A stretch of DNA of 64,000 bases from contig DATIWE010000056.1 in assembly GCA_035519495.1 (NCBI GenBank), positions 18,657-82,656 of the forward strand, in the 5' to 3' direction. Under the pieces are notes generated by a model. That model was not told where the DNA came from and made no database searches. It worked only from the letters and a program-made list of their open reading frames with translations. Each line of letters starts with the position of its first letter. The stretch's first letter is position 1. A program made the position numbers and the translations under genes. This stretch comes from Actinomycetota bacterium (GTDB lineage: Bacteria; Actinomycetota; UBA4738; HRBIN12). Positions 56,322-64,000 of this stretch are shown in pieces.

Positions 56322-57293
56322 TCACCCCGTCCGCGCGACCTGCAGCGGCACCGGAGTCTCCTCGAGCAGGCGCCGGATCACGGCGCGGCACGTGTCGCCG
56401 CCCCCGCGAGCCTGCATCGCCAACAACCGATGGGCGATGACGGGCACGGCGAGCGCCTTCACGTCGTCGGGCAGCACGTACTCCCGGCCCTGCGAGAGCG
56501 CTCGCGCCTGGGCGCAGCGCACCAGCCAGACGGACGCACGAGGGGAGGCGCCGAGCGCGATCTCCGGAGCCGCGCGCGTCGCCGTCACCAGGTCGACGGC
56601 GTAGCGGACGACGGCGTCGTCGACGTACACGCTCCGGACGGCGCGCTGCGCTGCGGCGACGTCCGGCGGCGAGAGCACCGCTTCGAGGTCGCGCAGCGGA
56701 TGGCGCTCGAGCTGCCGCCGCACCAGTTCGGTCGAGCCGCGCTGGTCCGGATACCCGACGCGCACCGCGAGGGCGAAACGGTCCAGCTGCCCCTCCGGGA
56801 GCGGATACGTGCCGTGCTGTTCGGTCGGGTTCTCCGTGGCGATCACGAGGTAGGGCTCGGGCAGCGGGTGCGTCACCCCCTCGACCGTGACCTGGCGTTC
56901 CTCCATCGGCTCCAGGAGCGCGGATTGGGTCCGTGGCGTGGTGCGGTTGATCTCGTCGACCAACACGACGTTCGCGAACACCGGCCCGGGGACGAAGCGG
57001 AACTCGCCGTGCGCCTGGTCGTAGACGCTGATGCCGGTGAGGTCCGACGGCAGGAGGTCGGGCGTGGCCTGCACGCGGGAGAACGCGCCGCCGATCGAGA
57101 CCGCGAAGGCGCGGGCCATCGTGGTCTTCCCGACGCCGGGGACCCCTTCCAGCAGCAGGTTCCCGTCCGCGAACAGGCAGATCGCCGCGCATGCGACGGC
57201 GTCGTCGTTGCCGGCGATGACGCGGGCGACGTTGTCGACCAGCCGACGGAACGCCGCGGTCGCCTCGCCGACGGCGGGCGTGGGCTCGATCAC
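56322..57293 (-). CDS. MoxR-family AAA+ ATPase
   Basis: Walker A is GVPGVGKT and Walker B is VVLVDEINR. The length is about 320 aa. Confidence 0.85.
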   Translation of the reverse strand: MIEPTPAVGEATAAFRRLVDNVARVIAGNDDAVACAAICLFADGNLLLEGVPGVGKTTMARAFAVSIGGAFSRVQATPDLLPSDLTGISVYDQAHGEFRFVPGPVFANVVLVDEINRTTPRTQSALLEPMEERQVTVEGVTHPLPEPYLVIATENPTEQHGTYPLPEGQLDRFALAVRVGYPDQRGSTELVRRQLERHPLRDLEAVLSPPDVAAAQRAVRSVYVDDAVVRYAVDLVTATRAAPEIALGASPRASVWLVRCAQARALSQGREYVLPDDVKALAVPVIAHRLLAMQARGGGDTCRAVIRRLLEETPVPLQVARTG

Positions 57294-57336
57294 CCAAGGA
57301 ACTTCGACCCCGGGGCGGGAAGCCTTGAGGCGCCGA

Positions 57337-58173
57337 CTATCCGTCCCGGCGAGCCCGCAGGGAGAACATCAGGGGCAGCGTCCCGCGCTGGCCCTTCGGC
57401 CAGCCGGACCGGCCCTCGCCGAGCGGGGTCAGGAACGGCGCCGGCCAGTCGAGGATCCGCTTCTCGTCCAGGAGCTCGATCCGGAGGCCCTCGCCGGCCA
57501 GGAGCGTCACGATCTCCCCGAGCGAGTGGTTCCAGCCGTGCTCGACCTCCGCGTCCACGTCGGCGTCCGGATCCGCGTAGGACCCCTCGACCGCGAACGA
57601 GAGCGTCTCGCCGCCCCAGTAGTCGTACCCGAGCTCGACCGGGTTCGGCTCGGTGGCGTCGTCGTCGATCGCGTGCAGCACCGGATGCGCCTCATGGATG
57701 TAGAAGATCCCGCCCGGCTTCACGAACCCGGCGACGGCGGCCGCCCAGGGCGCAAGGTCGGGGAGCCACCCGAGCGCGCCGCGCCCCGTGTACACCACGT
57801 CGAACGTCTCGCCCGCCAGAGGCCCCGGCAGGTCGTACACGTCCGAGACCAGGAAACGCGAGCGCTCGGCCAGCCCGACCTCCGCCGCCAGCTCTCGCGC
57901 GAAGGCGATCGCCGGCTCGCTGAAGTCGACGCCGGTGACCTCGCTCGCGCCGAGGCGCGCCCACGACAGGGTGTCCAGGCCGAAATGGCACTGCACGTGG
58001 AGCAGTGTCTTCCCGGTGACGTCGCCGACCTCCTCACGCTCCCACGGCTCGATCCGCACGTCGTCGAGGTCGTCGCGGAAGCGCGCCACGTCGTAGAAGT
58101 CGCCGGCCGTGTGGATCGGGGTCCACGCGTCCCAGAGCCTGCGGTTGTCCGCGATCTCCCGGTCGTGGCTCAT
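57337..58173 (-). CDS. class I SAM-dependent methyltransferase
   Basis: MSHDREIADN... The track ORF extension was rejected. Its stop and start overlap the agmatinase gene by 4 nt. Confidence 0.6.
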   Translation of the reverse strand: MSHDREIADNRRLWDAWTPIHTAGDFYDVARFRDDLDDVRIEPWEREEVGDVTGKTLLHVQCHFGLDTLSWARLGASEVTGVDFSEPAIAFARELAAEVGLAERSRFLVSDVYDLPGPLAGETFDVVYTGRGALGWLPDLAPWAAAVAGFVKPGGIFYIHEAHPVLHAIDDDATEPNPVELGYDYWGGETLSFAVEGSYADPDADVDAEVEHGWNHSLGEIVTLLAGEGLRIELLDEKRILDWPAPFLTPLGEGRSGWPKGQRGTLPLMFSLRARRDG

Positions 58174-59201
58174 GCGCGCTTCGCGGCGAGCGCGCTGATC
58201 GCCTCCATCACCACGCGGTGCGCCAGGAGCGCCGTGATCTCCGCGTGGTCGTACGGCGGTGAGACCTCCACGACGTCCACCCCGACGAGGTCGACGCGCG
58301 TGACGATCTGGCGCACCGCCCGCAGCAGCTCTCGCGAGAGCATCCCGCCGGCTTCGGGCGTGCCCGTCCCCGGCGCCATGCCGGGATCGACGACGTCGAT
58401 GTCCACGGACAGGTAGATGACCTCGGGGCCGTCGAGCGCCTCGTCGATCGCGTCGGCGATCACGGCCTCGCTCCCCCGCTCCTCGATCTCCACCATCGGG
58501 TGCCAGCGCATCCCCTGCTCCCCCATCCAGGCGAGCGTCTCCTGCTCCGGCCAGTACCCGCGCAGGCCGACCTGCACGAAGTTCTTCCCGGCGACCCAGC
58601 CCTCCTCGATCAACCGGCGCATCGGCGTGCCGTGGCCGTAGAGGTTGCCCCACTGATCCTGGCCGGTGTCGGCGTGCGCGTCGAAGTGCACGACGCCGAC
58701 CCGGCGCGGCCACACGGCCCGCGCGACCGCGGCGGCGCTCGGGTACGTGATCGCGTGGTCGCCGCCCAGCACGATCGGGATCGGTCCGGCGCTCGCGACG
58801 CGGAACACCTTCTCGTGGATCACGCGGAGCGCACGCTCGAACCGTGTCGGCACGACCGGCGCGTCGCCCGCGTCGACCACGGTGAGCGCGTCGTACGGCG
58901 CCACGTCCAGCTGGAGGGACCACGCGGTCTCGGGACCCCACACGGTCGGCGCCATCCGGATCGCGCGGGGGCCGAACCGAGCCCCCGGGCGCGCCGACAC
59001 GGCCTCGTCGAACGGCGCCCCGACGATCGCGACGTCGGCGTGCGCGGCCGCCAGCGCGGCGTCGTCGGTCGCCCACGGGAGCCGGTCGAACGACCCGTGC
59101 CAGTCCGCGTAGTAGGGAAGGTCGGCGTTCGAGAACTCCGCGAACTCGTCGTCGGCGCGCAGCTCGCTGTGCTCGAGGCGGAAATCGGGAGCGTCGCTCA
59201 C
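58170..59201 (-). CDS. agmatinase/arginase-family ureohydrolase
   Basis: The Mn-binding motifs are GGDHAITYP, DAHADT and SVDIDVVDP. GARFGPRAIR is typical of agmatinase/guanidino-acid hydrolases. Confidence 0.8.
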   Translation of the reverse strand: MSDAPDFRLEHSELRADDEFAEFSNADLPYYADWHGSFDRLPWATDDAALAAAHADVAIVGAPFDEAVSARPGARFGPRAIRMAPTVWGPETAWSLQLDVAPYDALTVVDAGDAPVVPTRFERALRVIHEKVFRVASAGPIPIVLGGDHAITYPSAAAVARAVWPRRVGVVHFDAHADTGQDQWGNLYGHGTPMRRLIEEGWVAGKNFVQVGLRGYWPEQETLAWMGEQGMRWHPMVEIEERGSEAVIADAIDEALDGPEVIYLSVDIDVVDPGMAPGTGTPEAGGMLSRELLRAVRQIVTRVDLVGVDVVEVSPPYDHAEITALLAHRVVMEAISALAAKRA

Positions 59202-59235
59202 GGCGCGTAGCTTCGCACACGGCCGACCGGCGGGG

Positions 59236-60039
59236 TCACGCCGGCGACGGGAGCCCCTCCACCACGTCGCCGGAGCGGAACGTCTCGCGGCCGTCCGCCG
59301 TGATCACCTCGACCGCGCCGGGACCATAGGCGCGCCAGGTCCCCACGGCGAACACCGCGGCGGTGCGCTCCCCCAGACCGAGCAGGACCGTGTCCTTCTC
59401 CGGCATCGCCCCGATCGCGCCGTCGATCCACGTGCCGCCGAACGCGTCGAGGTGCGGCACGACGGCGATCCGCGGCACCAGGCCGAGAGCCGCGCGGTAC
59501 CGGCGGCGCTCGTCGCCCGGCATGCGGTCGCGGATCAGCGTCCACGCGCCGATGGCCATCGCGCCCGCGGAGGACCCGCCGAGCGCGGCGCCGCCGCGCC
59601 AGGCAGCGACGATCGCCTCCCACACGGGCGTGTCCGCCAGGACGGTCGGCACGATCCCGGGATCGCCGCCCACCAGGTAGAAGAAGTGGCCCTCGCGAGC
59701 CCGCGCGGCGATCTCGGGCGACTTCGCGAGCGACCGCGTCGTGGCCGGGAGCTCTTCGACCTCCAAACCCAGCGCGGCGAACCAGCGCTGCGCGTTGGCG
59801 ACGGCGAGCTCCGGCCGGTGCCGCGCGGCAGCTGTCGCCACGACGTACGCGGGCCCGCCGCCTGCGGCCTCGACCAGCACGCGGTCCTGCGGTTCGTTGC
59901 CGGGGTTCAGCTCGTCGCCGCCGACCAGCGCGAGCGGCCCGGGAGCACTCAGCCTGTGCCGTCCTTCAGGATCTGCCGCGCGGCGTTCGCGCCGGGGCCG
60001 CCGGTGATGCCACCGCCTGGGTGCGCGCCCGAGCCGCAC
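59236..60039 (-). CDS. peptidase S51 (cyanophycinase/dipeptidase E-like). The start is unresolved
   Basis: Family motifs are LALVGGDELNPGNE ... FYLVGGDPG ... LGGSSAGAMA. The only in-frame ATG/GTG starts (60039, 60096) lie inside the upstream CrtI-like gene. The true start may be the CTG at 59952, which overlaps that gene's TGA. Confidence 0.55.
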   Translation of the reverse strand: MRLGRAPRRWHHRRPRRERRAADPEGRHRLSAPGPLALVGGDELNPGNEPQDRVLVEAAGGGPAYVVATAAARHRPELAVANAQRWFAALGLEVEELPATTRSLAKSPEIAARAREGHFFYLVGGDPGIVPTVLADTPVWEAIVAAWRGGAALGGSSAGAMAIGAWTLIRDRMPGDERRRYRAALGLVPRIAVVPHLDAFGGTWIDGAIGAMPEKDTVLLGLGERTAAVFAVGTWRAYGPGAVEVITADGRETFRSGDVVEGLPSPA

Positions 60040-61526
60040 AGGTAGAGCCCGTCGAAGAGGAAGCGGTAGCGCGCCTCCCCCAGCATCGGGCGCCACGCGA
60101 AGAACTGATCGAGCGCCGGCTCCGCGTGCTGGATGTCGCCGCCCGTGAGGGCGAAGCGATCCTCCAGGTCCTCCGGCGTGATCACCTCGCGCGCCTCTAC
60201 GAGCTCACCGAACCCCGGCGCGTACGCCTCGAGCGTCTTGACGGCGATCTCGCCGACGCGGTCGCGCTCGTCCGCCCACGGGCCCTCGCGCAGGTGCCGC
60301 GGCGCCGCCTGGAACACGACGCTCATCACGTGCTTGCCCTCGGGCGCCAGCGATGGATCCGAGAGCGAAGGGATCGTCGCCTCCAGCACCGGCTCTTCGC
60401 TCACGTGCCCGTACTTGACCGCGTCCATCGCGTGCTCGACGGCGTCGATCGACGGCCCGATCACGATCCGGCCGCGGAGCCGCTCCTCATCGCCGCCCGC
60501 GAACGCCGGCAGACCCCCGAGCGCGAAGTTCAGGCGCGCGGTTGCGCCGGGCTGGCGGATGTTCTCGCCGCGCCAGACCGTCGTCGGCCCCACGGCCGCC
60601 GGATCCAGCAGCCGCAGGGTGCGCTTCGGGTCGGCGCCCGACACCACGAGCGGCGCGTCCAGCTCGGTGCCGTCGGCCAGGCCGACGCCGACGGCGCGGT
60701 CGCCGCGCGTGCGGATCGCGACGACCTCGGCCCCGGTTCGGATCGCGACGCCGGCCTGCGTCGCCGACGCCACGAGCGCGTCGGCGAGGGCGTCGGTGCC
60801 GCCCCGGGCGAACACCGCCGTCCCGGCCGCGCCGCCGTCCGTGCCGGCCGAGTCGTTGAGGAACACCTGCGCGGTGCCCGTGGCCCACGCGCCCATCGCC
60901 GTGTACAGCACGCCGCGCGTGGCGAGCGGCCCCCGCACGGCCTCCTCCTCGAACACCTCCTGCACGAGGTCCGCGACCGCCATCGGGAGCGCGCGGATCG
61001 CCTCGCGGCCGGTCCGCGCCCCGAGGTCGCGGAACGCCTTGCCCAACTTGAGCCCCATGATCGCGTCGGCGAGGGACGGCGAGGCGGGGTCGGGGGGGAT
61101 CGCGACCTGCACGTAGGCGAGGAAGCTCGCGATCGCGCGGATCTTCGCGTCGAAGCCGGGGTACGCGTCCGCGTCGTGCGCGCTCCGGGGCCGCAGCTCC
61201 TCGGCCGTGCGGGCGGCGTCGCCCCAGAACGTGACGGAGGAGCCATCGGGCATCGGCGCGTGCAGGCGCACGTCCGGTGCGATCGCCTCGAAGCCGAACC
61301 GGTCGAGCTCCAGGTCCTTCACGACGGATGCGCGCAGGCGTCCGACCGTGTGCACGAGGCCCGGAGCGCGGAACCAGGGCGCCGGCTCGGATCCGCGGAG
61401 GATCCCGCCGCTCCGCTCGGCGCGCTCCAGCACCACGACCTTCTTGCGCGCTTTCGCGAGGTATGCGGCGGCGACGAGGCCGTTGTGGCCGGCGCCGATC
61501 ACGACGGCGTCGATACGCGCCGCCAT
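59949..61526 (-). CDS. phytoene-desaturase (CrtI)-like FAD/NAD(P)-binding oxidoreductase, copy 2
   Basis: MAARIDAVVIGAGHNGLVAAAYLA is the dinucleotide-binding motif. Its ATG overlaps the stop of copy 1 (ATGA). The C-terminus is LCGSGAHPGGG. The 1085-aa track ORF is a frame-fused artefact. Confidence 0.75.
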   Translation of the reverse strand: MAARIDAVVIGAGHNGLVAAAYLAKARKKVVVLERAERSGGILRGSEPAPWFRAPGLVHTVGRLRASVVKDLELDRFGFEAIAPDVRLHAPMPDGSSVTFWGDAARTAEELRPRSAHDADAYPGFDAKIRAIASFLAYVQVAIPPDPASPSLADAIMGLKLGKAFRDLGARTGREAIRALPMAVADLVQEVFEEEAVRGPLATRGVLYTAMGAWATGTAQVFLNDSAGTDGGAAGTAVFARGGTDALADALVASATQAGVAIRTGAEVVAIRTRGDRAVGVGLADGTELDAPLVVSGADPKRTLRLLDPAAVGPTTVWRGENIRQPGATARLNFALGGLPAFAGGDEERLRGRIVIGPSIDAVEHAMDAVKYGHVSEEPVLEATIPSLSDPSLAPEGKHVMSVVFQAAPRHLREGPWADERDRVGEIAVKTLEAYAPGFGELVEAREVITPEDLEDRFALTGGDIQHAEPALDQFFAWRPMLGEARYRFLFDGLYLCGSGAHPGGGITGGPGANAARQILKDGTG

Positions 61527-63127
61527 CAGGCCGCCCGCCGCCCCTTCTTCTTCTCCTTCAGGTACTCGAGCGCCGCGATCCGGCCCGGCGCCCCCATGAT
61601 GCCGCCGCCGGGGTGCGTCGCGGATCCGCACATCCAGAGGTTCGCGACCGGCGTGCGGTAGCGCGACCAGCCCGGAACGGGCCGGTTGAAGAACAGCTGC
61701 TCGAGCGAGAGCTCGCCCTGGAAGATGTTGCCTTCGGTGAGCCCGGTGATGTCCTCGATGTCCTTCGGCGTGATGAACTGCTGGCCGACGATCAGCGAGC
61801 GGATGTTCGGGAACCGTTCCTCGAGCGTGTCGATCACGTTCTGCCCGAACGCCTCGCGCCTCGCGTCGTCCCAGACCGCGCCGTCGGCGAGGTGGTACGG
61901 GGCGTACTGGACGAAGCAGCTCATCACGTGCTTGCCCGGCGGCGCCATCGTCGGATCCACCAGCGTCGGCATGATGATGTCGATGTACGGGCGCGCTGAC
62001 GGACGGCCGTACTTCGCGTCGTCGTACGCGCGCTCGATGTAGTCGATCGACGGGCTGATCGAGATGGCGCCACGGAGCCACTCCCCCGTCCCGGGCTTGC
62101 ACGCCAGCTCCGGCAGGCCGTCGAGCGCGAGGTTCACCTTGCCGGAGGAGCCGCGGTACTTGTACCGGAGCACCTCCTCGCGGAACGACGGCTCGAGCAC
62201 GCCGTCGTCCAGGAGGTGGATGAACGTCTGTCGCGAATCGAGCGAGGACATCACGGCGTCGGCGGCGATCTCCTCGCCCGAGGCGAGGATCACGCCGGTG
62301 GCGCGGGTGCCGTCGGTGCGCACGCGCGCGACGGGGGCCTCGGTGCGGATCGTGACGCCCGCCGCGAGCGCGGCCTCGGCGATCGCGTACGCGATCGCGC
62401 CGGTCCCGCCGCGCGGCACGCCCCACGCGCGGAACGCGCCGTCGATCTCGCCCATGTAGTGGTGGAGCAGGACGTAGGCGGTGCCGGGCGAGCGCGGCCC
62501 CTGGAACGTCCCGATGATCCCGGACGCGCTCATCGTGGCCTTCAGCGGCTCGGTCTCGAACCACTGATCCAGGAAATCGGCCGACGACATCGTCATCAGC
62601 TGGATGAACGTCGTCTGCAGGCGCCGGGGCAGGTCCCGGAACTGCTTCGCGAGCGGCGTGAGCGGCAGCCACTCGAACGGCGAGATCTTGCCCGGATCGG
62701 GCGGCGGGATCGACAGGATCGGCTTGATGAACCTGCCCATCTCGGCCATCAAGGGCCCGTACTCCTCGTAGGCCTCGGCATCGTTCAGGGACCACCGGCG
62801 GAGCTCGCGGACGGTGGTGCCGTGGTCGTTCACGCGCCACAGGTAGTCGTCCTCGAGCGGCGTGATCGTGCCGTCGAGCGGGAGGATCTCCAGCCCGTGC
62901 TTCGGGAGCTCCAGCTCGCGGATGATCTCGGGACGCAGCAACGACACCACGTAGGAGAAGACCGAGAACCGGAACCCCGGCACGATCTCCTCCGTCAGCG
63001 TGGCGCCGCCGAGGATCGGCCGCCGTTCGAGGACGAGGACCGTGAGGCCGGCCTTCGCCAGGTAGGCGGCGTTCACGAGGCCGTTGTGCCCGCCTCCGAC
63101 CACGATCACGTCGTACCGCTCGGCCAT
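61526..63127 (-). CDS. phytoene-desaturase (CrtI)-like FAD/NAD(P)-binding oxidoreductase, copy 1
   Basis: MAERYDVIVVGGGHNGLVNAAYLA is the N-terminus and the C-terminus is MCGSATHPGGG. A GGAGGGAAGG SD precedes the ATG. Confidence 0.8.
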   Translation of the reverse strand: MAERYDVIVVGGGHNGLVNAAYLAKAGLTVLVLERRPILGGATLTEEIVPGFRFSVFSYVVSLLRPEIIRELELPKHGLEILPLDGTITPLEDDYLWRVNDHGTTVRELRRWSLNDAEAYEEYGPLMAEMGRFIKPILSIPPPDPGKISPFEWLPLTPLAKQFRDLPRRLQTTFIQLMTMSSADFLDQWFETEPLKATMSASGIIGTFQGPRSPGTAYVLLHHYMGEIDGAFRAWGVPRGGTGAIAYAIAEAALAAGVTIRTEAPVARVRTDGTRATGVILASGEEIAADAVMSSLDSRQTFIHLLDDGVLEPSFREEVLRYKYRGSSGKVNLALDGLPELACKPGTGEWLRGAISISPSIDYIERAYDDAKYGRPSARPYIDIIMPTLVDPTMAPPGKHVMSCFVQYAPYHLADGAVWDDARREAFGQNVIDTLEERFPNIRSLIVGQQFITPKDIEDITGLTEGNIFQGELSLEQLFFNRPVPGWSRYRTPVANLWMCGSATHPGGGIMGAPGRIAALEYLKEKKKGRRAA

Positions 63128-63273
63128 GCCCGCCTTCCCTCCGCCGGAACCGTTCGGGCATGCTAGCCGTGGCCCCGAGGGCCAGCCAACGTGCCCTTGA
63201 CCTCAAGTCAATCGCCCCGGGACGGCCACCAGCGGCCTGCCGTAGGCTCCGCCGGAACGAAGGAGGAGCTTCC

Positions 63274-64000
63274 GTGTCGATCGGGACCGCGTTCTACCCG
63301 CGCCAGCAGGAGCTGAACCGCAAGCACGTCTGGGGCGAGTGGTCCGGCTACCTCTCCGCGCAGGTCTACGCCGACTTCCACGACATCGAGTACGCCGCGA
63401 TCCGCGAGGCGGCGGCGGTGATCGACACCAGCCCGCTCTACAAGTACCGGGTCCACGGGCCCGACGCTGGCCGGCTCCTCGACCGGATCGCGACCCGCAA
63501 CATCGCCTCCCTGAAGGTCGACCAGGTCCTGTACACGCCCTGGTGCGACGAGGACGGCAAGGTCCTCGACGACGGCACCGTGACGAGGCTCGGCGAGGAC
63601 GAGTACCGGGTCACCGCCGCCGACCCCTGCCACCGCTGGTTCCTGCTGAACGCCACGGGCCTGGACGTCGCGGTCGAGGACATCAGCGAGGCGCTCGGCG
63701 CGCTCGCGCTCCAGGGCAAGCTCAGCCGAGAGGTGCTCGAGGCCGCGACCGGCGAGGACTGGACCGGCGTCGGGTACTTCCGGCATCGCCGGACGGAGAT
63801 CGCCGGCGCCGACGTGAGCGTCACGCGGACGGGCTACACGGGCGACCGCGGCTACGAGCTGTGGATCCCGGCCGATGCGGCCCTGGTCGTGTGGGACGCC
63901 GTCTTCGCCGCCGGCCAGCCCTACGGCATCCACCCGGTGGGGATCCGCGCGATGGACGTCGCCCGGGTCGAGGCCGGCCTGATCCTGATCGAGGCCGAGT
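63274..64000 (+). CDS. glycine-cleavage T-protein (GcvT) family aminomethyltransferase, 3' truncated at window edge
   Basis: AGGAGG sits 7 nt before the GTG at 63274. My own translation reads VSIGTAFYPRQQELNRKHVWGEW ... AVIDTSPLYKYRVHGPDAG ... TRTGYTGDRGYELW, the GcvT folate-binding fold. It is absent from the ORF track because there is no stop inside the window. Confidence 0.7.
   Translation, partial: MSIGTAFYPRQQELNRKHVWGEWSGYLSAQVYADFHDIEYAAIREAAAVIDTSPLYKYRVHGPDAGRLLDRIATRNIASLKVDQVLYTPWCDEDGKVLDDGTVTRLGEDEYRVTAADPCHRWFLLNATGLDVAVEDISEALGALALQGKLSREVLEAATGEDWTGVGYFRHRRTEIAGADVSVTRTGYTGDRGYELWIPADAALVVWDAVFAAGQPYGIHPVGIRAMDVARVEAGLILIEAE

Noticed and set aside
59949-63206. 1085-aa single ORF on the minus strand
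   Set aside because: It is really two CrtI-like genes. The upstream part of this frame (63206-61527) is Arg-rich junk. Copy 1 is in a different frame (61526-63127) and copy 2 begins at the ATG at 61526, overlapping copy 1's stop.
1-64000. Searched for a mobile element, prophage, CRISPR array or tRNA/rRNA
   Set aside because: I found no integrase, transposase, recombinase, terminal inverted repeats, repeat-spacer array or tRNA-like cloverleaf candidates. GC content is uniform throughout, so the window looks like native chromosome.

Overview
This 64 kb window is high-GC (about 70-72%), gene-dense chromosomal DNA with an Actinobacteria-like gene repertoire. I call about 68 protein-coding genes on both strands, several of them translationally coupled through ATGA, GTGA or TGATG overlaps. 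I found no rRNA, tRNA, CRISPR array, transposase or integrase, and no AT-rich island. Most long ORFs in the six-frame track that lie antisense to these genes are Arg/Pro/Gly-rich artefacts typical of high-GC DNA.

Recognisable housekeeping genes include lon, rph, rdgB, murI, an InhA-like enoyl-ACP reductase, selD, an Fpg/Nei glycosylase and an agmatinase. The block mec / (moeZ-like E1) / cysO ... cysM / murI / MBL-fold hydrolase / rph / rdgB is syntenic with Mycobacterium tuberculosis Rv1334-Rv1341, with lineage-specific insertions.

Accessory content:
- Three class III nucleotidyl cyclases (one GAF-fused, one MerR-HTH-fused, one partial or absent), a cNMP-binding/CBS/DUF294 protein and an HD-GYP/LuxR regulator.
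- An ECF sigma, an anti-sigma factor carrying a beta-propeller, and a TolB-like lipoprotein.
- A MoxR / DUF58 / transglutaminase / DUF2277 run.
- A resistance-like cluster: DrrAB-like ABC transporter, DHA2 MFS pump and a rifampin-phosphotransferase-like protein, plus ANT(6)-like and APH-like genes elsewhere.
- A bacterial animal-type haem peroxidase.
- Two tandem CrtI-like flavin oxidoreductases divergent from a GcvT-family aminomethyltransferase.

The most interesting candidate system is a co-directional run selD / DoxX-Rieske fusion / mec (JAMM protease) / E1-like MoeB-family protein / CysO-like carrier. The carrier ends in Gly-Gly-Ser, which implies obligate proteolytic maturation. This may couple a ubiquitin-like sulfur-carrier pathway to selenophosphate or Fe-S redox chemistry.

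A second candidate is an operon of three small metal-binding proteins: a CDGSH Fe-S protein, a Gly-rich 115-aa protein and an 8-Cys 90-aa protein with a perfect RBS.
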